Shown: positions 15,062 through 28,994, numbered from the stretch's first letter. The stretch: DNA of 64,000 bases from Octopus vulgaris (GCA_951406725.2 OX597836.1:4030001-4094000); one strand, 5' to 3'. Numbers and translations are program-made. The notes: a model not told the origin generated them from the letters alone.

Positions 15062-15150
15062 ATCATAATGATATCCGCGAGGTACCTGATGATGGAGGTA
15101 TGTTGGATCGTTGGTATGGCAGTTTTTGTATATGTGGAACAAATTTTTTA
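15062..15150 (-). repeat. Dispersed repeat family X, copy 1 (opposite orientation to copies 2 and 3)
   Basis: GATATCCGCGAGGTACCTGATGATGGAGGTATGTTGGATCGTTGGTATG resembles the reverse complement of 37945-37995 and 57467-57510. Confidence 0.6.
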
Positions 15151-15152
15151 AA

Positions 15153-15203
<51 letters not shown>

Positions 15204-15298
15204 ATATCTATATATATATATATATGCACATGCACATACACACATACACACACATATATATACATATATGTGTGCATATCTATATATGTATTCATACT

Positions 15299-15335
<37 letters not shown>

Positions 15336-15336
15336 G

Positions 15337-15370
<34 letters not shown>

Positions 15371-15892
15371 CATATTTATGAACACATACGCGCGCGCGCA
15401 CACACACACACACATATGAAAATGTGTGTTTGTGTATATACTATATCATTGTGGATGTATGCATTCGAATTGTGCATTCTCACACAAAAATACACAATTA
15501 CACACAAGACACATACACACGTGCACATGCACATATATATTGCATATACACCTCCAGCTGTCTTCAGCGATGCGCTCTGAGTTAATACGTGATAATACGG
15601 ATTCTCTACTATATTTATATGACTCTATGGCTACGATCAAACACAGAAACACTTATGTTCTGCTCATACTTGAACCGTCACGAAGAATGGCAGAGAAAGA
15701 TTTACTGACACTGAGCATTTTATAGCATTTATTGACACCGCGATGAGGAGATGTAAGGTCAACAGTGGTGGGATTTCAAATCAGATAACAGAGCTGGGAG
15801 GGAAGATAAATTGTCCCTGTAAAATAAAAGGAAAAAAAATACTGCGCTCAAACGGCAAATTATGCATACAGCTAAAGATATACTTAACAAAT

Positions 15893-15941
<49 letters not shown>

Positions 15942-16048
15942 GATACATAAATATATATATATATAGACATAGATACATAAATATATATATGTATACATAT
16001 ATACATAAATACATGCATATATATATGAATACATATATACATAGATAC

Positions 16049-16082
<34 letters not shown>

Positions 16083-16360
16083 TATATATATATAAATATA
16101 CAAACGGCAAATTATATATATATATATATACATGAATATATGTATATATATATATATATATGTATATGCTCAAAAATGTGTGTATTTATCGTTCTGGGTT
16201 TTGATGGCGGTTACGTAACATAATATTATCCCATAGTTCTGAAGTGGAACTCTCAATGAAATCTACCGGTGGAACTCGGTTTTGGTGCGAAAATATATAA
16301 CGACCTTTATTGTGGCTATCGGCTGTATCAAATTTCGTTGTTTATACACACAAAGAAACA

Positions 16361-16405
<45 letters not shown>

Positions 16406-16957
16406 TCCCACATACTCCCACATACCCACACGCACGCACATACACACACGGATACACACAAACAGATCCACACATGTATACACACACACGCACATATTAG
16501 AAATAGGATTTTGTTCAGGGAAGGAAGCTACGTTGAAGTACATCTGTTTAGAAACAGATTCTTCGCATAAAATGTAATAAAACTTCTGCTTTGTTAAGCA
16601 CGAAAATGTATATATATAATAAAAAAATCTCCCTTGGATATGTCGTTCGAGCAACATTCATAGAAAAATTATCGATGAATTTACGCCAACATCATGTTCA
16701 ATAGAATATTCATTATTATACAATGTACACGAGCAATATTTCAAATGTAGACTACTTGTGTGGCAAACTGTAAGATATTTCATACGAAACCCTTTTATAT
16801 CAACCATGAGAAATATAGCCATTGAATGTATATTGAATAAAAGTTTGCATAATGGAATAGATATGTTTCACTGTAACAGCATTACGTTTTGGATAGATAT
16901 TTTTTCTATATTTATATTATATGTATAAAGGATGCACGTTATTTTAATTGTGTAAGT

Positions 16958-17082
16958 GAAGGATATTTGTCACCTAAATGCGGCTGACACTTAGGGGACG
17001 ATGCTAATTCAGTTTATAGCCCCAGGAAGACAGAAGCATTGTCATTTAGGGGTCATACACATTTAGGTGACAAATATATTTC
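16958..17082. mobile_element. Short foldback/MITE-like hairpin
   Basis: Perfect 18-bp inverted repeat ATATTTGTCACCTAAATG (16963-16980) / CATTTAGGTGACAAATAT (17060-17077) plus imperfect inner arms. Confidence 0.65.
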
Positions 17083-17184
17083 ACGATCTTGTGTTGCTAC
17101 AGTTTATATCTCGCTCAGAGATTTATTATATAAAGACCCGACAAATAACGTGAGTTCATGGCTGTTTCCTGCACCAGTTTTGCA

Positions 17185-17686
17185 TAGCCCCATCCCAGCC
17201 AATCAAAAGTACCTTGGATTGCAGGGCGGCCTGCTCTGCTTACTTTGGATCGTCGGGTGACCTGCTGTGCTAGAGGAGACCTATTGAGTCAAGTACATCA
17301 ACATCAAAATAAATATCAAATGGAAGTTGTAGCTGTGATACCTGTGACGGTGGCACGTAAAAAGCACCATCCGAACGTGGCCTATGGCAGCGCCGACTTG
17401 ACTGGCTTCCGGGCCGAAGGCACGTAAAGAGCACCAACCGATCGTGGCCGCTGCCAGCCTCCCCTGGCACCTGTACCGATGGCACGTTTAAAGCACTCAC
17501 TATACTCACGGAGTGGTTGGCGTTAGGAAAGGCATCCAGCTGTAGAAGCACTGCCAGATCAGACTTGAGCCTGGTGCAGCCACCTGGCTTCCCAGACCCC
17601 GGTTGAACCGTCCAACACGTGCTAGCACGAAAAACGGATGTTAAACGATGATGAGGATGATGATGATGATGATGGTGATGATGATG
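17185..17686 (+). mobile_element. Non-LTR retroelement 3' region (SINE or RTE-type tail) ending in (GAT)n
   Basis: Three internal GGCACGTAAA(A)AGCAC-like units, GGTTGGCGTTAGGAAAGGCATCCAGCTGTAG, then GTTAAACGATGATGA.. tail. Confidence 0.7.
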
Positions 17687-17919
17687 TACACATACATATG
17701 GAGTAAGTATATTACATACACGTATGTTGCTTCCCAACCACATGGTTCCGGGCTCAGTCCGAATGAAAATTCGAAAGAACTACCGACCCAATTACATGTC
17801 TCAACACCACCTAAGCAATACTAATAATAGATAAAAAAACATAAAAATAAACAAGCTTTTGACGGTTTTATAGACGTTTCAAAATTATGATGCTAGGTTC
17901 CATTATTTTGTCCAACCCG

Positions 17920-17981
<62 letters not shown>

Positions 17982-18184
17982 AAATAGAAAGATGAATAAT
18001 CTTGTTGCAGATTAATCAAAAGTTTAACCGATACCTTGGTAGCAAAAATCACAGCAGAAGACAGCACGGTTGGAGGTACAACCATATGGTGTTGCAACCG
18101 TGCGTTGGTGCGGATAAATGAATTTTAATATTATTAGTGAATTGAAGAAATGGAGTTGAACGAAGATTGAACAGAAATCGTTTT

Positions 18185-18275
18185 ATTTCATTCTACACGT
18201 GTTTCGAAAGGCACAATTTACCAAATTCCGATTGAATAATGATACCATATTGTGTCTTTCTCTTCAGGAAGAAAT
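18185..18275 (-). ncRNA. Type-I hammerhead ribozyme (left arm), intact core
   Basis: Exact reverse complement of 18442-18532. Confidence 0.85.
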
Positions 18276-18441
18276 AGGAAATCCTTGGAAAAAACAAAAA
18301 CAGAACAGAGGCGGAGCAAAACAAATCGAACGAGGCTCCTAAGAGCCCATGGCCAGATTTTGGCCATGGGCTCTTAGGAGCCTCGTTCGATTTGTTTTGC
18401 TCCGCCTCTGTTCTGTTTTTGTTTTTTCCAACGGATTTCCT

Positions 18442-18532
18442 ATTTCTTCCTGAAGAGAAAGACACAATATGGTATCATTATTCAATCGGAATTTGGTAAA
18501 TTGTGCCTTTCGAAACACGTGTAGAATGAAAT
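18442..18532 (+). ncRNA. Type-I hammerhead ribozyme (right arm), intact core
   Basis: ATTTCTTC-CTGAAGA-GAAAGACACAAT..ATTGTGCCTTTC-GAAAC-acgt-GTA-GAATGAAAT; stem II has 11 of 12 pairs; stem III is the palindrome ACACGTGT. Confidence 0.85.
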
Positions 18533-18581
18533 AAAACGATTTCTGTTCAATCTTCGTTCAACTCCATTTCTTCAATTCACT

Positions 18582-18631
<50 letters not shown>

Positions 18632-18711
18632 GTTGGACAAAATAATGGAACCTAGCATCATATATATATATATATGTATGTATGTATATGATTTTGCAGC
18701 TATTATTTTTT

Positions 18712-18882
18712 ATGTTTGAGCCTACCCCCTACCATCGCTTGACAACCGATGTTGGTGTGTTAATGTCTCAAAAAGGTACCGATAAATAAGTACTAAGCGC
18801 TGGGGTCCATTTCGTCGACTAAAAACCCTTTAAGGCGCTGCTTCAGCACAGTCACACTAAAATGACTAAGTCAAGTAAAAAG
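18712..18882 (+). mobile_element. SINE family C 3' half
   Basis: CCATCGCTTGACAACCGATGTTGGTGTG...; related copies at 24182, 38695, 54230, 57280(-), 59842(-), 61770. Confidence 0.65.
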
Positions 18883-19362
18883 GATACTTATACACTCTAA
18901 GTTATATGTATCTGAGTCTGCGCGTGTGCCCATGTATGTTTGTTCGTGTATATATATCTGCCCAAACGCTGACATATAATTGCCCAAAATAGAGAATATG
19001 AAATCGCAAAAAAAAAGAAAAAATCAATTAAGCAAACAGAATATTGCGTAGCTTTCGTAAGAAAATATGTTATCTCAAAAATGTTTATCTTCTGCAAACA
19101 ACTAATGAAACGCTGCTATTTTCTAGCATTTCATTGGTCAATAACTCATATCTAAGACCTGTTTAACATATAATAACTGATGACATATCGCTTTACAAAA
19201 TGGCGACTGAGATATGTGTGTACATATTCGGTGGCAATGTGATAAATCATATTTACTATAGGCTGTCTACTTAGCATTGCTAGGTTACATCGTTTAGTAT
19301 TGTCTCCGTGCTGTATTGTTCGGGCGTATACGAATAATCTCACTTTGACGTTTCTGCACAAA

Positions 19363-19413
<51 letters not shown>

Positions 19414-19617
19414 CATTTATATATATATATATATATATATGTATCTATATATATATATATATAGAGAGAGACATAAACTCTTACGAAAAAGCGCATATTT
19501 GTATATGTATATATGTATGTATTATATATATATGTGATATGTGCACAAGCACCTTATAGACATGTACTGAAGTATATATATATATATATATATATGTTTA
19601 AACAAACAAACACACAC

Positions 19618-19688
<71 letters not shown>

Positions 19689-20285
19689 AATATATCCGCC
19701 TGACATTCTGTCTGCCTGTCTTTCTCTCTCTCTCTCTCTCTCCCTATGTGTGTGCATATACATATATAAATGTATACATACACACACATACACAAACACA
19801 CACACACACACACATATATATATGTGTGTTTGTGCGCGAGTTCGTTTGTTTGTGTCGTTGTGTATGTTATGCATGTGTATACAAACACTTAGATACATAT
19901 AAATCGTTGTCGTGTGTCAAAGTCTACGAGTTTGTGGACGACCGTTGTCTCGTTCCCTGACAGATTGCAAATGATTATCTTACTGGAATGAATCGCTAGA
20001 AGTGAACCCATGTCACCTTCGCTGACGAGTGCAGCAGGTTCTGAGTGAGATAACATGGAGGAACAAACCGGCGAATGGTGTTCAATAGGAATTTTATTTC
20101 TTGGAGAATGGAATGACGTAACGCAAAATTACTTTCAGAATTGAATCGATAATGAACGAACAAGGCACGAAAGAACCATACTGTTTTCATCCCAAGCATG
20201 TCGTCTCTTATGTTAAAATCATGTGATTTGTGGAAATGCGCGTAGCGATGTATTAAACATTTATAAATTCCATCCTAGAATTATG

Positions 20286-20739
<454 letters not shown>

Positions 20740-21339
20740 TTTAATACCCATCATATTAGAAGAAAATCGGCACGATGTCTTATGGATTATTATTATCGGT
20801 AAAATTAATCAGGTAAGCAAACGATAATTTGAGGATATATAAATTTATTTGTATCATAGTTTGTCGTTAAGACTTAAATACAAATATAGTTTTAAATAAT
20901 ACTATAGAAAACTCAAAAACCTACATATGTTTCGATTCTGCACACACTTAGAAATGAACTTTTGTGAAAATTAAGGTCTATAATCTTGGATTTAGAATAC
21001 AAAGATGGTATTTTAGTTCACTCGGATAAAACTGGAAACATTTATAATTTAAATATTGATTTATATCATGGTCTTCATAAGAAAGAAATTACTAAATTAT
21101 ATTAGTTAACAAAAATATATTAAGATCAATATATCTAGAATCTAAAAAAATTAGACTGAATACAATACAGACGATAGAACGGAAACTTTTGTTCCATTCA
21201 AACCAAGAAAATATTTAAAGAAGCACAAGGTTAACTTTGAAACAGACCCTAATGTTGATAATTTAGTGTAAAGTATCAGGGGTATTTACCACCAATAAAC
21301 CACATATCTTAGTTTATTCCAAAGATAATCTTAATAAAT

Positions 21340-21730
21340 TTGGTGATTGTAAATGCAAAATTTAATTATTATTGCAAACGTAAGGAACTGGTATACCAAA
21401 CTGTCATGAATCTAGAAGGGAGCAATTACTTCTATGTAGGATTAACTGCAGGTTTTGTGAAAGCTAGAATTTCTAATCCTGAAAATTCTTTTAGAAATCG
21501 ACTCAAACACAATAACACAAGCCTTAGCAAATTCCTTTGGATATTAAAAGATAGCAATATTAATTTTAAAATAAGATGGAAAATATTAACCCACAGACAT
21601 AATTTATTCCTTATGTACAACAGAAAGCTATTATATAGTATTCTCTAAAAAATAGTTATCGAATGAGAGAATTGAGAAAGTTTCGCCCTGCCTACATGCG
21701 ACTAAATATCTATTTTCAAAATATAACTAA
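21340..21730 (+). pseudogene. Penelope-type GIY-YIG endonuclease C-terminal remnant (frameshifted)
   Basis: LVYQ..YFYVGLTAGFVKARISN..SFRN..NTSLSKFLWILKD..IRWKIL, then NERIEKVSPCLHATKYLF in another frame. Confidence 0.85.
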
Positions 21731-21855
21731 GGGATTCTTGAATTATCATTATTAAATAGTAGATTGGATACGTTCTATAATAACAATAACATTTTAACTT
21801 TTTATTTATTTTATAGTATTGTTAAATCAATTACTAAATATATGGGTAAATATCT

Positions 21856-22060
21856 TTTAATCTCTAGGCAGAAGGCCAAAGATTTTGGGGGATGGAGCCA
21901 GTCGATTAGATTGACTCCAGTCCGCAACTGGTACTTAATTTATCGACCCCGAAATGATGAAAGTCGACCTCAGCGGAATTTGAACTCAGAACATAAAGAC
22001 AGAGGAAACACAGCTAAACATTTCGCCCTGCGTGCTAACGTCTCTGCCCGCTCGCTGCCG
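21856..22060 (-). mobile_element. SINE family B with 17-bp target site duplication
   Basis: TSD TATATGGG(T/C)AAATATCT at 21839-21855 and 22061-22077. Confidence 0.9.
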
Positions 22061-22644
22061 TATATGGGCAAATATCTGAATTACAAATGTCTTCTAAGTA
22101 TCATTAAATATTCTCTTAAAATTATTTTGAAATAGAAAACTAGAGAGATTCATATATATCTGATTAGGTTAATACATTACTGTGTTGTAGATATTACGAT
22201 GAAATATATTTAATTATTAGAAATATATACATATAAATATCCTTATATATACTAAATGGTGTTTTCTAGATATATACATATATCTATAAACATTAATATT
22301 CATTAATTCATTAGTTCAGTTGATAAACTATATGTTTTATAATAATTTACAAAATTATAGCTTAAATATTATATATATGTACATAAATAATTACCCATTT
22401 ATTTTAATTTATAAGGCTTTTCACCTTAATATACATAAATTCTAACTTAAGCAAAATATGGTTATATTTAAACATTTTATATATATATATGTAAGATTAA
22501 TTTATTTCATTTTATTTCATTGTATCGAGTTGTATTAGAAAATAGATAATTTTATTACAAATAAAGTAATATAAGTTAATGGTATAACTTTTAAAAGTTA
22601 TATAAACAATCAGATTGTTTATATCAGATATATAAACAATCAAT

Positions 22645-22918
22645 TAGATATCCTCCCGAAGAACCTGAGGGACCTGCATGGGGTGGATGCGGATGTCTTT
22701 AAAGTAGGACTGGATCTCTTCCTGTCAGGTGTCCCGGATGAACCAACTTCACGGCAGGAGGTGCAGATGAGGGCAGCTGCATCGAACTCTCTCATGCACC
22801 AAATGGCAGTTCCTAAAAAGCATTCGTGAAGTAAAATCATGTAGCAACACCAGATGGCGGTGCCCCAGCATGGCCGCAGCTCGTGAGCTGAAACTAGATA
22901 AAATAAAACAAAACAAAT
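22645..22918 (+). mobile_element. CR1/L2-group LINE 3' end (5'-truncated)
   Basis: Encodes ILPKNLRDLHGVDADVFKVGLDLFLSGVPDEPTSRQEVQMRAAASNSLMHQ; tail GGCGGTGCCCCAGCATGGCCGCAGCTC; homologous to 56491-56900. Confidence 0.85.
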
Positions 22919-23420
22919 CAAGTTTTATATTAACTGCCAATTTGATATTTGATTGAACTAATAAGTCTATAAAATATTTTATTGCTTTTTCCTTAACTAA
23001 ACATGAATCAATGACGTAATAGATATAGTGCATATCAGGAAGAAACGTAATACGCAATTTCTTGGTATAAAAATAAACAATCTGCAAGTTATGTATTCTA
23101 AAAAAAAAGTTATGTATTCTATTGTAATCTAAAGTTTAGATTATTATCCTATGTTTAATTTATCTTATTCCATTTATCCCCATTTATGTTCGTTTACTCC
23201 ACCTCCGCCTTTAAGCAAATCTAGAATTACATATAACTGTATATAAACTTACCATATTTAACAGAGGCTTAAACACAAATGATATATATGAAAATATATA
23301 CGCTTACTGTATGGAGGTCTATGTGTATATATATATTAACTTGCCTGATACATCTATTAACGGCTTGCTTATTCAAATTTGAGCTGATACTAACACACAC
23401 ACACATATATATATGTTTTA

Positions 23421-23479
<59 letters not shown>

Positions 23480-23856
23480 ATATACATAAACAATTAAATT
23501 TGATTAGATATGATTCGATGAACACGTATACATGAATATTTACTACTACGTAATAGAAAGCCAATGGAAATTATTCAATTATAACTGTCTATTTATTATA
23601 TATCATTTATCGTATATTTTTTGATTTATTTATTTTCTTATATAAATATTTTCCCTCACAGATATAACATTAATTATATTTTATTATATATATTTAATAT
23701 ATGTTTATTATATATTATTATTTAATTCTTCCTATCTGAATTATAACCTTAGGAAATACATACATTCACTGTTTAGGAAATAACGTTTTGAATTTCTGTC
23801 GCAGTTGATTTGAAATTCTTCAAGAAAAATGTAACCTTCGTTTTATTAAGATAAAA

Positions 23857-23964
23857 AAACCCTGAAGAGATTCTGCCACATTACGCTTAAAATGGTAAAT
23901 TTTCAACATTGGATTTAACACAAATGCATTATCAAGGGGCCAGAATCAAAACATATGTAGATTT
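23857..23964 (+). ncRNA. Hammerhead motif with mutated GAAA (AAAA); probably inactive
   Basis: AAACC-CTGAAGA-GATTCTG..CAGAATC-aAAAC-atat-GTA-GATTT; the inverted half copy at 20917-20940 retains GAAAC and GGTTT. Confidence 0.7.
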
Positions 23965-24093
23965 TGTTTTCTATTGTGTTTTTTAAAAACTTATTTGCAT
24001 TTAAATCTTAACAAGCTATGATACAAATATTTTAACAACACGTACTCTACTCTCCATTCACTTACCTTCTCAATATATATATATATATATATG

Positions 24094-24176
<83 letters not shown>

Positions 24177-24181
24177 CATAT

Positions 24182-24350
24182 ACCGATGTTGGGTGAGTTT
24201 GTGCCCTTGTAACTTAGTGGTACGGGAAAATAGTTACATAGTATAAGTACTAGGTTTAGAAAGAATAAGTCCTGAGATCGATTTCTTCGATTAAAAGACG
24301 CTCATATCGGTGCTCCAGCATGGCTGCAGTCGAATGACTGAACAAATAAA
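24182..24350 (+). mobile_element. SINE family C 3' half
   Basis: ...AGAATAAGTCCTGAGATCGATTT...GGTGCTCCAGCATGGCTGCAGTCGAATGACTGAAC. Confidence 0.7.
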
Positions 24351-24359
24351 GCAATATAC

Positions 24360-24408
<49 letters not shown>

Positions 24409-24418
24409 TATATCTATA

Positions 24419-24534
<116 letters not shown>

Positions 24535-25276
24535 TACACAGAGAGACTCAGGCACATAAACACACACGAATATATGTATACTCACACATACACAGACAAA
24601 AAACCCACCCACACACCCACACATACATACACACAAACACACACACATACACACACACATACACACACACACACAAACAGACAAACAAACAAACAAACCA
24701 ATAATGAAAATATATTCAGCACCACCATGACAGATGAATAGAATAGAATCGAATCGAATAGAAACGAGTACACAGAGAAAACTTTCCATGCAATGTGTAC
24801 GAAGGCTTTTTTTTCCACAAGAATAGATGGATTGCGAAAAGAAAGTCTATTGTTTTGTAAGTGAAACCTATTATATTCTAATAAATTTCAGGTTATTTTT
24901 CATGAAACTCAAGACAAGTGCTCGGCTATTTTCGAAATGTTTACGGCTTTCCGTATCATTTGTTATGGAGACGTAATCATGAGATAACAGCTATAGATTC
25001 TGAGATGCTTGTTCACGTTTATTCATTCTGCTGGGTGCCCATAGGTCTGAGTTTAATGGGTGTTTAGTTTACTCAAGCTTGATGTGTGTCTGTATGTATG
25101 TGTGTATATATATATATATGTATGTATATAATATATATGTGAATATATATACATATATCTATATATGCACATACCTATATACACATACACACCTATCAAA
25201 TGCCTCATATATCATATATATTTATTGATGTATACTTACACACATGCATATACATACCTACATATGAGTGTGTATG

Positions 25277-25354
<78 letters not shown>

Positions 25355-25385
25355 TATGTATATACATATACAAATATGCGTGTTC

Positions 25386-25424
<39 letters not shown>

Positions 25425-26837
25425 TATATATATATACACGCACACACATATACATATATAAATATATACATGTGTGTGTGTATGTATATATACATGTTTA
25501 TATATGTGTGTATATATGCTTGCTGAGACGGAATCATTTATAATAGACGAACGCGGTCTGACAACTTGGCTTCTGGTGTCTTCCTGTTTTGGCTCAAGAT
25601 ATTTTCTTCTTCCTCTTCATTTCTTATACCCTACCTCTCTCTCTCTCTCATTCTCTCTCTCACTGTCACTCTCTCTCTCAAACTTTTTTATGAACCCTCT
25701 TCCTTTACCATACGCAGTTCCTCGATTTCCCCTCAATTTATAATTACCGAAGTGGAAACCTGGTTCGAGAACTACAAACTGTACAAATTTGTCTGGAACT
25801 GTTGTTATTACCGTTTAGCACTGAATCTTCTATGGTTAAGCCTATTCGGGATCGAACATGTACCTAGACTCATCGCATCGTTTTCTTTTTCCCAGTCTAG
25901 GGAACCATGTTATCCATTGCCTTCCCCCGTTTTTATGACTTGTTGACGACCGGTTTGCTACTTTTAGTATGTAATTGTATCCTTGACAGCAGCCTTACAG
26001 ACGATTGTGATACTTCGAAGGCGAAACTCGATCAACAGCATAAATGTTTTTCTAAGGCTCGGTCTCTGTCAAAGATGTACAAGAGTGCAGGAATTTTTGC
26101 ACCTCTGTACCTAATATGTTTCTCTCTAGGGCGGAGACATTGGTTACCCCACACAACTCCGTCAGGGGCATAGGACTGGTTTCCAGATTTCTTTGGCGTA
26201 TATAGGCGCAAGATCAAACATTTTGGCGTGGAGCTGAACTTCCTCAAAATCAAATACATACTTGTCTGCGAGAATTTTCATCGATCCAGCGTACAGGGAA
26301 CCGAAAAATTCCGAGAGAGGTAAATATATATCGTATGATATTTTCTCCAAAGTTCTTTTCATTCTAACAGTAGACTTCCCAATTGCGAAGTGGTAAATTA
26401 TATTAAACAACGAACAAAATCGATTCCAGAATGTATTCCGTTCCTTCCTCCGTTTATTCGTTGCGTCTGGATACCACATTAGTGATCTTAGCCACCTATC
26501 TTTGCGGGGTCGATAAATAAGGTGAACGTATACGATTGTTCGAGAACTGAATGTACATCTTACGTTATGTGTACCTGCTCTTGTGGCCTTAAACTTAATC
26601 ATTCGACCAAATCAGTACAGTCACATGGTGCTCCTGTGCCATTATAGGCTCCGTCCTGTTGTATGAATTCGGGTCATCACTGTGAACTGAGAATGCGTCT
26701 TGCTATTCCTGTACATCCAATAACAATAACATTGACGCTAGATTTCTTCCTCTCAAAGTGATGTAAATATATTCATGTTTGAACTCTCTCTGTCTCTTTC
26801 TGTCTCTCTGTCTCTCTCGTTTATTAGGATAAACTCT

Positions 26838-27171
<334 letters not shown>

Positions 27172-27362
27172 GTCTGTCTGTCTGTGCGTCTGTGTGTCTG
27201 CCTGTCTGCTTATTTCTCTGAATGTGTGTGTGTATGTATCAATTCTCTATCTGTATGTATGTACACACACACACACGCACTGAGTTCAATATATGACCGC
27301 ATGTGTATCGTTGGCGATTTTCTTTCTCTGTCTTCCCTTGCTTGGACCTTTCGTTTTTCTTT

Positions 27363-27397
27363 GTTTCTGACGAAGAGCTCCGCTCGAAACGTTAGAT
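27363..27397 (+). ncRNA. Minimal hammerhead motif inside a ~200-bp repeat (27305-27497) that ends at (TA)n
   Basis: GTTT-CTGACGA-a-GAGC-tcc-GCTC-GAAACGTT-AGAT; stem III reduced to the palindrome ACGT; stem I pairs with two G-U wobbles. Confidence 0.7.
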
Positions 27398-27492
27398 CCT
27401 CTTTCTTTCTTTCTTTCTTTTCCTGAGCATCCAATAACACTATACTTGTTCCACGTCTTCGCGTTGTGTTTTCTCCTTGTTCATGTTTGGAG

Positions 27493-27561
<69 letters not shown>

Positions 27562-27577
27562 TGAGTGAGAGTGACAA

Positions 27578-27658
<81 letters not shown>

Positions 27659-28947
27659 CGTATGTTTCAAAATATTGAAAATTTCATTTCCTCTTGTGTA
27701 AAGATGTCAATTTGGTCGACGTTCTCTTTGACAATTATTGTCTCCGCCTCTGCCCTTTTTATACACACGTATAAAAGTCACAAGTTGTTTTAAACTTTCT
27801 CTTAGAACTTCATTAAGCTTTTGAAGACATCAAAGAAACATCTTAGGCACGTTTGTTATATGTATATAGAAGTGTATGCGTGCGTGTGTGTGTGTGTGTG
27901 TGAGTGAGTGTGTGTGTATTGTTAGATATATTTTTGTTCTATACGATAATTGCCATTATTTTTTTGTTATTTGTTAAACTTTTATTTTTATTATTATATT
28001 ATGACTAGAAAACATCAAATTCATTGCATCATTAATTTCATATCCGCCATTTTCTTTTCTTTACTGCGTCGCTCAAATTCATGACTTCCGGTGCCTAAGA
28101 TTTGTATCACGCTGCGTTGAAGAAAAGCTAATTTGGCCATTTAAAATCCTGCGGTGTTTCTTTTTGTCTAATAGCGCTAAGTGGAATAAACGTGTTTGAC
28201 CGCATGCCGTGTTTCTGACAGATTCTCTAATATATTTTCAGTGATTTCAAAAACAAAGATTTTAGTATGCACAATAACCTCATCAGTGGTGGAGACAAAC
28301 ATCTCCTGACTGAAGGAAGTCTATAGTCAGAATAAATTACTAAAGCCGCGTTGTTAGTGCTTCTAGAGTCGAATTTAAAGGATTGACTTTCAAAGAACTG
28401 GTGGGGGGTGGTTACAATTTACCGAATGAATTTGTATCAGTCTTGATGTGAGCTAGATTAAACATGTCCACAGAATGATTAATCGTATGAATATCTACCT
28501 GCTATTTATGTAAGAGAAATCAATGGCCTGTGTGTATGTATCTAATCGAACTACACTCTTAATATATCTACAGCTTTGGTACTTCAAGTCTCGGCTATTA
28601 CAATCATCATCTCGTATATGTTCCAGACAGCTGCTCATACGATACGTCATCTCCCCAACACTCTGAACAGACGATTTCTCCGTCGTACAACGACGTGAGG
28701 GCGAAGTGAGGCTAACTTAACGGGGTTATTTGACCAGCTGAGAGCAGCAACAACGCCTGTCTCAAACCAACTTTCTATTGTGTAACAATACAAAAATACA
28801 TAACGTATATTTATTTAGATTTAAATATATTTATCTTATACCACAGCTGGTGAATAGTAAACGTCTGTTTTTCCTTCAGCGTAAACCTAACATAACCTGT
28901 TTGTTTGTATTTTACTCATTTTCAGGTTTTTTGTTTTGTTATACACA

Positions 28948-28994
<47 letters not shown>

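Larger units (their letters stand above)
17979..18589. mobile_element. Inverted pair of Penelope-like pseudo-LTRs forming a near-perfect palindrome, between (TA)n tracts
   Basis: Arms 18128-18355 and 18361-18589 are reverse complements with one 1-nt indel and a 5-nt loop GATTT; each arm carries a hammerhead; the left copy has about 150 bp extra (17979-18127). Confidence 0.75.

Noticed and set aside
17340-17500. Three spaced GGCACGTAAAAAGCAC-like repeats, superficially CRISPR-like
   Set aside because: Degenerate internal repeats of a retroelement; eukaryotic context and no cas genes
18193-18465. 90-aa ORF across the palindrome centre, and a CTTTCTCTTCAG acceptor-like site
   Set aside because: By-product of the inverted repeat; the acceptor-like site is the antisense of the hammerhead core
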